A stretch of 64,000 nucleotides of DNA, taken from the NCBI GenBank assembly GCA_963762145.1, contig CAVXJS010000013.1:82772-146771 (forward strand). Direction: 5' to 3'. Source of the DNA: an uncultured Candidatus Rokubacteria bacterium. GTDB taxonomy: Bacteria; Methylomirabilota; Methylomirabilia; Rokubacteriales; CSP1-6. A program made the translations under genes and the position numbers. The notes under the pieces were generated by a model. The model worked only from the letters and a program-made list of their open reading frames with translations, was not told the origin of the DNA and did no database searches. Of this stretch, positions 38,325-47,549 are shown in pieces. Numbering within the stretch: the first letter of the stretch is position 1; each line of letters begins with the position of its first letter.

Positions 38325-39476
38325 TCATCGCGTCTCGACGTGGCGGATGGTCGCGTAGAGCATCAGGTCGTACACGATCTTCAGCCCGCCCCCGAGGAAG
38401 AACGGCGCGGCGAGCGAGCCGGTCGCGATCACCCAGCCGCTGAGCGCGGGACTGATCGACTGGGCCAGCGTCCGGCTCACGTTGGTGAGGCTGGCCGCAC
38501 CCTCGCGCTCGTGATCCTGCACCGCCAGCATCAGAAAGGTCTGCCGCGTGGGCACGTCCATCTGGGAGAGCAGGTGGCGGGCCAGCAGCAGGCTCACCGC
38601 CAGCGCGGCGGACGGGGCCAGCGCGATGCCGATCAGCAGCACGTTCGAGATCAGGTGCGAGAAGACCATCGTGTTGACGAGGCCCAGGCGCGGAGCGAGC
38701 CGCGCGGCGAGAAGCAGGGAGAGGCCCGAGAGCGCCTGGGCGCCGAAGAAGGTCCAGCCCAGCGCGGTCAGGCCCATCTCGAAGCGCGTGTAGAGCCAGT
38801 AGGCGATCAGGCTCTGCAGGACGAAGCCGCCCGCCAGCGAGTCCAGCGCGAAGAGCGCGGCCAGGCGGTGGATCAGCGGGCGCGACGGCGCCGAGGCGGC
38901 GTGACGTGGGACGGCGGCCCGGCCCGGGTCGGGCCGCATCAGCGCATAGGCGCCCATTTGGACGAGCCCGCCGAGGAGGAAGACGGAGAAGAGCAGGCGA
39001 GGGGAGGCGCCCACGTATCCAACCACCGCGGCGCCCAGGGCCGAGGCGGCGTAGCCGGCGAGATTGTAGAAGCTGAGCGCAGTGGTCAAGCGCGCGCGCG
39101 GCGTGGCGCGGGTCACCGCGACCTGCTCGAGCGTGAGGAAAGGGCCGGTCTCGCCGGTGCCGACCGCCAGGTTGCCCACCATCGCGGCGGCCACGATCAG
39201 CCAGGGCTGCTCGGTGGCGAGGAAGACCACGGCGGAGACGACGATGAGGCCGGCCTGGGCGACCAGCGCGGCCCGGGTCCCGTAGCGCTCCGCGGGACGG
39301 CGAATCGCGAAGGTCATGGCCGCGCTGGCGAGCAGCGTCAGCGTCACCGCCACTCCGACCTGCCGCGCGTCGAAGCCGCGCTCGACCAGGTAGACGGGGA
39401 AGAGGACGCCGAGGAACCCGTAGCAGAACGTGCGCGTCGCCTTGGCGACGAAGACGAGGCGCCCGTCGCGGCTCAC
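38325..39476 (-). CDS. MFS transporter
   Basis: About 12 TM; GPF..LEQ, DSLAGGF, GLVNTMVFSH and SQMDVPTRQ motifs. Confidence 0.88.
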   Translation of the reverse strand: MSRDGRLVFVAKATRTFCYGFLGVLFPVYLVERGFDARQVGVAVTLTLLASAAMTFAIRRPAERYGTRAALVAQAGLIVVSAVVFLATEQPWLIVAAAMVGNLAVGTGETGPFLTLEQVAVTRATPRARLTTALSFYNLAGYAASALGAAVVGYVGASPRLLFSVFLLGGLVQMGAYALMRPDPGRAAVPRHAASAPSRPLIHRLAALFALDSLAGGFVLQSLIAYWLYTRFEMGLTALGWTFFGAQALSGLSLLLAARLAPRLGLVNTMVFSHLISNVLLIGIALAPSAALAVSLLLARHLLSQMDVPTRQTFLMLAVQDHEREGAASLTNVSRTLAQSISPALSGWVIATGSLAAPFFLGGGLKIVYDLMLYATIRHVETR

Positions 39477-39897
39477 GCGCGATCGGCCCGGCAGTACGCG
39501 TAGAGCGCGTCGTAGACCGGGAACTGGAGCGCCATGTTCTCGACGTCGTCGCGGGTGATCGCCCGGAAGCCGCTCGCCACCGCGTAGAGCCCCAGGCCTC
39601 GCGGGCGATGTGCCGGGCCTCGGTATCGGCGCCGCGCACGATCTCGCCGAGGGCGAGCAGGGCCGGATCGGTCAACCGGTACTTGTCGAGGAACGCGTCG
39701 AAGGAGCAGCGCTCTCCGTGGTGACCGAGCTCGACGTCGGGGACGTCGAAGGGCAGGGCGCCTTCCCGCCGGGCGGTCTCCATGACCTGGTCCTCCGCCA
39801 CGAACAGGAACTCGGCCTGCGGGTCGATGAACCGCTGGATGAGCCAGGGGCAGGCGATACGGTCCACCCGGGCCTTGCGGCGCGTCACCCACTTCAT
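39473..39897 (-). CDS. Chromate-resistance ChrB-C-domain protein (ChrF-like; frameshift near 39595)
   Basis: MKWVTR..VDRIACPWLI.RFID, H.GERCSFD, IVRGAD and YDALY motifs. Confidence 0.85.
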
Positions 39898-40311
39898 CGC
39901 CCGCCTCCCCGGGCCGCGCACTCGTCGAGCAGGCGGTCGAGATGGCGGCGGATCGCGGCGCGGGCGAGCGGCAGGTTCTCGCTCACCGCGGGCACGTCGT
40001 CCCAGCGCTCCACCGGCACGGCGGCCGGCATCGCCTCGCCGAGCTCGCAGCCGAACGTGACGACGCGGTCGGCACGCGCGGTGTCGGCCGCGGTGACCCG
40101 TCGCGGCCGCGGTCTGGCCGAGCTCGACGCCCTCCGCCCGCAGCGCGGCGACCACGCCGGGGGCGATCGCCGGATCCGGCTCGGTGCCGGCCGAGTCGGC
40201 GGTGATGGCGAGGCCGCGCTCGGCGGCCAGCCTCTTGAAATCAGCGGCGGCGAGAACGCTCTTGGCCGCGCCGTGCAGGCAGACGAAGAGAATGGACCGT
40301 GATGCGCTCAT
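39894..40311 (-). CDS. LMW-PTP/ArsC-like protein (frameshift near 40110)
   Basis: ILFVCLHGAAKS, SAGTEP and W.DVP motifs. Confidence 0.75.
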
Positions 40312-41478
40312 AGGGCTCCCCGTATCCAGAAGATGATCAGGCCGGTTACGCCCGCCGCCGCGATCAGGATCGGCTCGGGCACCTTCAGGCGCCAGAGCAG
40401 GCCGAACGCGGCCAGCCCGATCAGGGCGGTGGGCAGGTCGAAGATGGCGCGGCGGCCGAGGACGACGCAGGCGCCCGCGATGGCCCCCGCCGCCGCGGCG
40501 GTGACGCCGTTGACGAAGGCCTTCACCTGCGGGTTCTCGCCGAAGCGGTCGAACCAGCGGTACGGAATCACGACGAAGAGGTAGGTGGGCAGGAAGACGC
40601 CGATCGCGGCCGCGGTGCCGCCCGCCAGGCCGGCGACGAGATAGCCGATGAAGGCCACCGTGATCACCACCGGCCCCGGCGTCAGCATGGCCACCGCGAC
40701 CGCGTCGAGGAACTGCTTGTCGGTGAGCCACCGGTACTCCTGCACGACGCCGCCGTAGAGGAAGGGCACGATCGCCAGGCCGCTGCCGAACACGAAGGCG
40801 CCCGCCTTCGTGAAGAACCAGAGGATCTGGGCCAGCACGCCCGGCGTCGCGGTGGCGGTCAGGCCGGTCATCAGGAGCAGGGGCCAGCCCAGCGCGGGCA
40901 GGGTCTTGCTCGAGCCGGCCCAGGCCAGCAGGCGGCGGGGCGGCGCCTGCACCAGCAGCACCACGACGCCGCACAGGATGAACAGGCTGCCGATCTCGGT
41001 CTCGGTCCACGCGGTGACGAGCGCCATCGCGCCGGCGATCGCCCACAGCAGCCGGTCGGCCGCCAGCGACAGGCGCATGAGCTTCCAGGCCGAGCGCACG
41101 ATGATGCCGATGACGCCCGCGCCCACGCCGTAGAAGGCCGCCTGCATCCACCCGAGGCCGCCGTAAGCGACATAGACCGCGCCCAGCGCCAGCGTCATCA
41201 GGAACGAGGGAAGGATGAAGGCGAGCCCGATCAGGGTGGCCCCCGCGACCCCGCCGTGGACGTAGCCGAGGCACATGGCGAGCTGGGCGGCGAGGGGCCC
41301 GGGCGCGAGCTGCGAGAGCGTCAGCCCCTTGAAGTAGTCCTGCTCTGGTGAACCACGCCCGGCGCTCGACCAGGTCGCGCTGCATGTAGCCGATGAGCGC
41401 CACCGGCCCGCCAAAGCCGAGGCTGCCCAGGTAGAGGAAGTAGCGAACGAGACCCCAGGTCGTCCGCGGCTCGCTCAT
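40308..41478 (-). CDS. chrA: Chromate efflux transporter (frameshift near 41345)
   Basis: GFGGP, QLAPGPLA, FGSG, FLDAVAV and TPGPVVI motifs. Confidence 0.92.
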
Positions 41479-42401
41479 GCCCGCTCGCCGACCGTGGCGT
41501 AGAGACCATCGAACAGGGTCATCCCTTGCGCGAGCGCCTCGCGGTCGTCCTTGATGGCGCTCAGCAGCGCGCGCAGCACGAGATCGATCCCGCGGGCTTC
41601 CTCGCGCGCGAACTTCTGGTCCTTGATGTCGGCCTCGTGGACGATCTCGGCCAGGACGGCGAGCTTGCGGTCGCGGAGGCCGGTGCGGCGCAGGAGGGTC
41701 TCGAACGTGCAGTCCTCACCCTGATGGCCGAAGTCTACGCCGGCCATGTCGAAGGGGATCGCGTCGCCGGGAATCTGGTCGGGCGCCGCGAAGACGAACT
41801 CGGCCTCCGGGTCCACGAAGCGCTTGATGAGCCACGCCGAGGCGATGCGGTCCACGTGGGGGCGCGGACGCGTGACCCAGCGCCGCCCCTTGAGCGCGGT
41901 GAGATCCAGGGGCGGAGCCGCGCCCGCCTGGCGCACCCGCCCCGAGGCCGTGCGCTCCTCGACGGCCTCGCGCGCGCGCTCGACTTCCCGCCGCCCGGGC
42001 GCTTCGAAGAAGTCGATCTCGGCGATCCGGCTCGTCTCGCGGGCGAGCCGGGCCAACTCCTCCGCGAGCCGCGGCCGACGGCCCTTGAGCAGCTTGCGGT
42101 AGCGCTCCGCGAGGGCCGCGTAGTCTTGGTTGCGAGCCTCGTGGAACAGGCGCACCACGTCCGGCTGCTGCATGTTCTCGATCCGGTCCACGCGGAGCAA
42201 CGTGGCCTCGCCCCCATCGCGCTGGATCTCCTGGGCGAGCCACTGGAACTGCTCGTAGCGATCGGGCGAGTCGGGCAGCAGGTAAGCGGAGCTCCTGAGC
42301 GGTACCGCGCCGAGCCCCCGAAGCCTCCGCCAGGCGCGGACGCGCAGGCTCGAGGGGCGAGGCGGGAGGCTCAGCAACAGGAGTAGCCAGCCATGCAACA
42401 T
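41475..42401 (-). CDS. chrB: Chromate-resistance regulator ChrB (N+C domains)
   Basis: SLP..PSSLRVRAWRRLR..GA, IDFF, WVTRPRPHVDRIASAWLI and CTFE motifs. Confidence 0.88.
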   Translation of the reverse strand: MLHGWLLLLLSLPPRPSSLRVRAWRRLRGLGAVPLRSSAYLLPDSPDRYEQFQWLAQEIQRDGGEATLLRVDRIENMQQPDVVRLFHEARNQDYAALAERYRKLLKGRRPRLAEELARLARETSRIAEIDFFEAPGRREVERAREAVEERTASGRVRQAGAAPPLDLTALKGRRWVTRPRPHVDRIASAWLIKRFVDPEAEFVFAAPDQIPGDAIPFDMAGVDFGHQGEDCTFETLLRRTGLRDRKLAVLAEIVHEADIKDQKFAREEARGIDLVLRALLSAIKDDREALAQGMTLFDGLYATVGERA

Positions 42402-42409
42402 GTGTTGCA
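42394..42409. promoter_or_regulatory. Palindromic operator overlapping the chrB start
   Basis: TGCAACA-tg-TGTTGCA perfect 7-bp arms. Confidence 0.55.
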
Positions 42410-42467
42410 ACCCTATGGCACCTGTTTCACGCCGTCAAGCGGAAACCTCGGTGGTGACTTGACAGAT

Positions 42468-42489
42468 ATACTCCTCGCCTGTTTAGTAT
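42468..42489 (+). promoter_or_regulatory. Putative repressor (LexA-like) box upstream of the 92-aa gene
   Basis: ATACT-N12-AGTAT, just downstream of TTGACA (42459); near-copy of 35864-35885. Confidence 0.55.
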
Positions 42490-42513
42490 ATAGGTCCCAC
42501 AGGAGGTGCTGAG

Positions 42514-42792
42514 ATGAAGGCACTGGAGAGGCTGCTGCAGGACGAGTTGAACCGCTTGCTTGACCGGATCGCCGTGCGCGCAGGGGAAGAGACCGCCGCC
42601 GGCCTCAAGTCCGATCTGAGGGCTCCCCTCGAGCGCTGTGAGGATCGGCTGACCGCACTGCGCGCGGCGCTGCTGGATGGCTACGACGAGTGGACGCGGA
42701 CCCTCGAGGAGTGCGAGGACCTCTGGGCGGTGGCCGCGCTCCGCAAGGAGGGCGCGGAGGCGCCGACGCGGATCAACCGAATAGCCGCTTGA
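42514..42792 (+). CDS. Hypothetical helical protein (92 aa)
   Basis: Strong AGGAGGT RBS and its own promoter; coiled-coil-like composition. Confidence 0.75.
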   Translation: MKALERLLQDELNRLLDRIAVRAGEETAAGLKSDLRAPLERCEDRLTALRAALLDGYDEWTRTLEECEDLWAVAALRKEGAEAPTRINRIAA

Positions 42793-43231
42793 GCCACCCG
42801 GGTCCGCTCGGGTCGGCCAGCCGCTGCGCGGCGTACTGCCCCCGGTAGCGCTCGAAGCGCTGCCAGTAATCGGGGAGGCGGCGGGCCAGCCACACCTGGC
42901 CGGTGAGCAGGCGCGCGGGCTCGTCGCCCGCGGCGGCCTCGGCCTCGTCGAAGGCGGGACGCAGGTCCGCGCGCAGCTCGGCCACGTAGGCATCGCGCAG
43001 CCAGGCGAGCAGGGCCCGCGAGCAGGCCTCGAACTCGGCGCGATCGGCGGTGCTGGTGGTCTCGGGCGCGGGGCGTCCGGTGGCCGCGCGCAGGTCCACC
43101 ATGAGCTTGAGCGCGGCCATCTCCACGGCTTCCTCGATGCGCTCGCGGAGCTGGGCCTGGATGCGCTCCATCAGCCCGCGCGCGTCGCCGTGCTGATGGG
43201 GGAAGGCGCCGTGCACCGGCCACTCGCTCAT
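42773..43231 (-). CDS. Hypothetical protein
   Basis: ATGA-coupled to the upstream epimerase gene; typical codon usage. Confidence 0.65.
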   Translation of the reverse strand: MSEWPVHGAFPHQHGDARGLMERIQAQLRERIEEAVEMAALKLMVDLRAATGRPAPETTSTADRAEFEACSRALLAWLRDAYVAELRADLRPAFDEAEAAAGDEPARLLTGQVWLARRLPDYWQRFERYRGQYAAQRLADPSGPGWLKRLFG

Positions 43232-44133
43232 GGCGTCGCGAACATGCGCGTGAGGCCGGTGGCGAGCGGCTCGGGCCGCAGGCCCAGCTCGGTGAAGAAC
43301 CGCGAGGGATCGGTCACGCTCTCCTCTTCCAGCATGATGAGCTGATCGGTCGACAGCGGATAGAACGGCAGCCAGTCGAGCGCGCGGGTCAGTCCACGCA
43401 CGGGGGCCAGGGGCACGTGCAGCTTGCGCACGCGGGCGCGCCCGACCGCGCGGCCGATCGCGTCGAGCAGGTCCACGAAGGGGTACGGAGTGGGGCCGGC
43501 CACCTCGTACGTCTGCCGCACACTCTCGGTCGTGCGCAGCGCGCGGCCGAAGCCCTCCGCGACCTGCTCCACCGCGACCGGCTGGAGCCGATAGCGCCCG
43601 TCGCCGAGCACCGGCATCACGGGGAGCCGCTTGACCGCGCGTCCCAGCACGGACATGAAGGCGTCGCCGCGCCCGAAGATGATGGACGGCCGGAAGATGG
43701 TCCACTCCAGGTCGCTCGCGCGCACGGCTTCCTCCGCCGCCCACTTCGTCTGGTGATACCGCGCGCGGGCGCCGGGCCGGGTGCCCAGCGCGCTCATCTG
43801 GGCAAAGCGCTTGATGCCGGCGGCGCGCGCGAGGGCGAGCATGTTCCGGGTGGCCTGGACGTGCAGACGATCGAAGGTGACGCCGCGCCCGCGCTGCTCT
43901 CGGATGATGCCGACCAGATGCACGAGCGCGCTGCAGCCCTCCACGCTCGCGACGAGCCCATCGGGTTGCAGCACGTCGCCGGGCACGCGGTCGATGGATT
44001 CGAAGCCCTTGAGGTCCGCCTCGGAGCCCGGCCGGACGAGGCAGCGGACGAGAAAACCCTGCGCAAGAAGTGCGCGGACGACCGCCTTGCCGACGAAGCC
44101 GGTCCCGCCGGTCACGAACACGCGCTGCGCCAC
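43228..44133 (-). CDS. NAD-dependent epimerase/dehydratase (NDUFA9-like)
   Basis: VTGGTGFVG, HLVGII, MSALG, YHQTK and FRPSIIFG motifs. Confidence 0.9.
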   Translation of the reverse strand: MAQRVFVTGGTGFVGKAVVRALLAQGFLVRCLVRPGSEADLKGFESIDRVPGDVLQPDGLVASVEGCSALVHLVGIIREQRGRGVTFDRLHVQATRNMLALARAAGIKRFAQMSALGTRPGARARYHQTKWAAEEAVRASDLEWTIFRPSIIFGRGDAFMSVLGRAVKRLPVMPVLGDGRYRLQPVAVEQVAEGFGRALRTTESVRQTYEVAGPTPYPFVDLLDAIGRAVGRARVRKLHVPLAPVRGLTRALDWLPFYPLSTDQLIMLEEESVTDPSRFFTELGLRPEPLATGLTRMFATP

Positions 44134-44207
44134 GGGCGAATCGTAGCACGGGCCGGGGCGCCGCGATTTTCGCGGGGCGCGTATACGCGAGCCCGTATCA
44201 TAGGGCC

Positions 44208-46571
44208 ATGCGGTTTCGCTCGGCCGGGCTCTGGCTCCCCGTGCTTCTCCTTCCCGTGATGGTGGTCGCGGCGAGGCCTGCGCCGGTCCCGGCCCAGCCG
44301 GTGACCTGGCAGGTCGCGGTGGACGAGGCGATACGGGACGCGGTGGCCTCGTCGGAGATCCCGGGCGCGGTCTTCGTCGTCGGCCAGGGCGATCAGATCC
44401 TCCACCGCAAGGTCCTGGGCTGGCGCGCCACGGTGCCGCATCCCGAGCTGATGACCGCGGACACGATCTTCGACATCGCGTCACTCACGAAGGTGATCGC
44501 CACCGCGCCCTCGGTCCTGCGACTCTGGGAGCTGGGCAAGATCGATCTGAACGCGCCGCTCGGTCGATACCTGAAGGAGTTCGACACCGCCGCGTTCCAG
44601 GACGTGACCGTGATGCGCCTGCTCACGCACTCCGCCGGGATGAACGATCTGCCCTCGCGCGAAGCCATGACCAAGGGCTTCCCGGAGGCCGGGCGCATCC
44701 AGGCCCGGGCCGGGCTCGCGGTCCCGCCGGGCAACACGTTCCTCTACAGCGACACCGGCTTCATCCTCCTCGGCGAGCTGGTCCGGCGCGTGAGCGGCGA
44801 GCCGCTCGACACCTTCGCGCGGAAGCAGTTCTATGCCCCGCTCGGCATGCGCGATACGGCCTTCGACCCGCCCGCCGCGTGGCGCAAGCGCATCGCGCCC
44901 ACCGAGGCGGTGAACAACCAGGGCCCGCTCCGCGGCGTGGTCCACGACGGCAACGCGCGCCTGCTACGCGGCATCGCGGGGCACGCCGGCCTCTTCTCGA
45001 CCGCGAGCGATCTGAGCCGGTTCTGCCGCATGCTGCTGGCCGGCGGCCAGCTCGGGGGCCGGCGCTACCTGAAGGAGGCCACGGTCAAGGCCATGTTCGC
45101 GCCGCACGTGATCGGCGAGTCCACGCGCGGCCTCGGCTGGGACATCGCCTCACCCTACTCGCGTACGCTCGGCGCGTACTTCCCGTCGACGTCGGTCGGC
45201 CACACCGGGTTCACCGGCACCGCGATCTGGATCGATCCGGCGACAGGCGTGTACATGATCCTGCTCACCAATCGCGTCCATCCCTACGGCAAGGGCGACG
45301 TGGCCGAGCTGCGCCGGCGGGTCAGCGCCGCGGTCGGTACGCGCTTCGCGCCCCGGGACGAGCCGACGGTCGCGGCGGCGGCGAGCCGGGCCGAGGGCGC
45401 GAGCCCGGCGGCGGACAGCGCGGCGCTCCTGCCCGAGGGCTCCACGCTGACCGGGCTCGACCGCCTGGTGGCCGACGATTTCGCCCTGCTGGCCGGCCGC
45501 ACCGTGGGCCTCATCACCAACCAGACCGGCATCGACTCCCAGGGACGGCGCGGGGTGGACCTGCTCGCCGCGGCGCCGCAGGTGAAGCTGAAGGCGCTCT
45601 TCTCCCCGGAGCACGGGATCACCGGCCTCGTGGACGCCAACGTGCCGCACAGCCGCGACGCGGCCACCGGACTGGCCATCTGGAGCCTCTACGGCCCGGG
45701 GCGCCGTCCGTCGCCCGAGCAGCTCAGCGGGATCGACACGCTGGTCTTCGACATCCAGGACGTCGGCGTGCGCTACTACACCTACCTCACCACGCTGGTG
45801 TACGCGCTGGAAGAGGGCGGGCGGCGCGGGATCCAGGTCATGGTGCTCGATCGGCCGAACCCGATCACGGGTAGCGTGGTCGAAGGCCCGGTGATGGACC
45901 CCGACATGCGCTCGTTCACCGCGCCCCACACCATCCCGGTGCGCACCGGCATGACCATGGGGGAGTTCGCCCAGATGGTGGTGGGGGAGCGGAAGCTCCC
46001 GGTCAAGCTCACGGTGATCCCGCTCGAGAACTGGCAGCGCACGCAGTGGTTCGACGAGACCGGCCTCACGTGGGTGAACCCGTCACCCAATATCCGGAGC
46101 CCGATGCAGGCGCTGCTCTACTCGGGCGTGGGCCTGCTGGAGGCGACCAACCTCTCGGTCGGGCGCGGCACCGACATGCCGTTCGAGGTGATCGGCGCCC
46201 CCTGGATCGCGGATCCCCAGGTGCTGGCCGACGCCATGAACGCGCGCGGACTGGCCGGGGTGCAGTTCCACCCGGTGTTCTTCACGCCCACGTCGAGCGT
46301 GCACGCGGGACGGCAGGTCGGGGGGGTGCGGCTCGAGGTGATGGACCGGGACGCCTTCCGCGCGGTGCCGGTGGGGCTCGCCCTGGGCCGCGAGCTGATG
46401 GAGCGTTATCCGGGGAATTTCCGGCCGGCGGCGATCCAGAACCTGCTGGTCAATCGGTCCACGATGTGGTCCATGCTGCGGGGCGATCCGTTCGCGCGCA
46501 TCCTCGGCTGGGCGGACACCGCGCGCGACGCGTTCCTGCAGCGCCGCGCGCCCTACCTGCTCTACAAGTAG
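44208..46571 (+). CDS. Serine hydrolase (beta-lactamase fold) fused to DUF1343/NamZ exo-beta-N-acetylmuramidase
   Basis: ASLTK, YSD and GHTGFTG in the N-half; TNQTG, FSPEHG, DIQDVG.RYYTY, LDRPNP and PSPN in the C-half. Confidence 0.9.
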   Translation: MRFRSAGLWLPVLLLPVMVVAARPAPVPAQPVTWQVAVDEAIRDAVASSEIPGAVFVVGQGDQILHRKVLGWRATVPHPELMTADTIFDIASLTKVIATAPSVLRLWELGKIDLNAPLGRYLKEFDTAAFQDVTVMRLLTHSAGMNDLPSREAMTKGFPEAGRIQARAGLAVPPGNTFLYSDTGFILLGELVRRVSGEPLDTFARKQFYAPLGMRDTAFDPPAAWRKRIAPTEAVNNQGPLRGVVHDGNARLLRGIAGHAGLFSTASDLSRFCRMLLAGGQLGGRRYLKEATVKAMFAPHVIGESTRGLGWDIASPYSRTLGAYFPSTSVGHTGFTGTAIWIDPATGVYMILLTNRVHPYGKGDVAELRRRVSAAVGTRFAPRDEPTVAAAASRAEGASPAADSAALLPEGSTLTGLDRLVADDFALLAGRTVGLITNQTGIDSQGRRGVDLLAAAPQVKLKALFSPEHGITGLVDANVPHSRDAATGLAIWSLYGPGRRPSPEQLSGIDTLVFDIQDVGVRYYTYLTTLVYALEEGGRRGIQVMVLDRPNPITGSVVEGPVMDPDMRSFTAPHTIPVRTGMTMGEFAQMVVGERKLPVKLTVIPLENWQRTQWFDETGLTWVNPSPNIRSPMQALLYSGVGLLEATNLSVGRGTDMPFEVIGAPWIADPQVLADAMNARGLAGVQFHPVFFTPTSSVHAGRQVGGVRLEVMDRDAFRAVPVGLALGRELMERYPGNFRPAAIQNLLVNRSTMWSMLRGDPFARILGWADTARDAFLQRRAPYLLYK

Positions 46572-46587
46572 CGTCGGGGCAGGTACC

Positions 46588-47547
46588 CTACCGCCGCTCG
46601 ATCACGCGGACGGCGCGGATCGTGCCCAGCTTGCCGGTATTGCCGCTCGCGACCGTCACGGTCGCGGCGTCCCCGTCGCTCACGTAGCGCTCGCCGGGAT
46701 TCCGGTCGAAGTAGGTGATCCAGTAGTCGAGGTCGGGCCCCACCGCCTGGATGCGGGGCAGGCGATTGAGGTCGAAGTTCCGCGCGTGCGGGGACGGAGC
46801 CGCGCCGCCCGCCACCATCAGGATGGCGTCGTGCTTGTACGTCATGCCCTTGGCCTCGCCGGATAGCGCCCACGCGAGCTCCTTGGGATAGCTGCCCAGC
46901 GGCAGGGCGAGGGTGCGGAAGCGATAGCCGGGCACGTGGCGCTGCACCCACTCCTGCGCGCCCGCGAGCTGCTCGCGCACCACGGCCTCGGAGTAGCGCC
47001 CCAGCTCCGCGTGCCAGAGCGAGTGATTGCCGATCTCGTAGCCCTGGCTGACCAGGTACTGCAGCTTGCGGGTGGTCAGGTCGGGCTGGTTGAAGAGCCG
47101 GTTGGGCGGGTTGGCGCCCGGGAGCACGTAGAACGTGGCCGCGCGGCCGAAGCCCGGATGCTCGCGCGCGAAGGCCTCGAGGATGCCGATCCCGCACTCG
47201 GGATCGATGACCCAGTCGCCGCCGCGCTGGATATAGCGGAACTGGCCCGGCGAGGAGTCGTCGAGGGTCAGGATGACCGGCGAGGTTCCCGCGGGCAGGG
47301 CGATCTTGCCGTCGATGTAGTCGTTGAGCGCCACCAGGCGGTAGCCGCGCTCCCAGAGGCGCTGCAGGTCACGCCGGAAGTTCTCCGGCGTGCGCGTCCA
47401 GCGGGCCTCCGGGACGTCGATCTTGTGGTACTCGAGGATCATCACGCGGCCGAGCTCGTTGGGCTCCCGCGTGGGGGCCTGGGCGCCCGCCAGGACGGCG
47501 ACACCCAGGGTGATGCCGAGCAGGACCGCCGAGACCGCGGCGCGCAT
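46588..47547 (-). CDS. Secreted polysaccharide deacetylase
   Basis: ILEYH, LTLDDS, EIGNHS..H and ALPLG motifs; signal peptide. Confidence 0.85.
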   Translation of the reverse strand: MRAAVSAVLLGITLGVAVLAGAQAPTREPNELGRVMILEYHKIDVPEARWTRTPENFRRDLQRLWERGYRLVALNDYIDGKIALPAGTSPVILTLDDSSPGQFRYIQRGGDWVIDPECGIGILEAFAREHPGFGRAATFYVLPGANPPNRLFNQPDLTTRKLQYLVSQGYEIGNHSLWHAELGRYSEAVVREQLAGAQEWVQRHVPGYRFRTLALPLGSYPKELAWALSGEAKGMTYKHDAILMVAGGAAPSPHARNFDLNRLPRIQAVGPDLDYWITYFDRNPGERYVSDGDAATVTVASGNTGKLGTIRAVRVIERR

Positions 47548-47549
47548 GG

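Noticed and set aside
38317-41478. 1053-aa minus-strand ORF and other long Arg/Pro/Gly-rich or antisense ORFs throughout the window
   Set aside because: Shadow ORFs expected at high GC, or stitched by indels; they overlap well-supported genes
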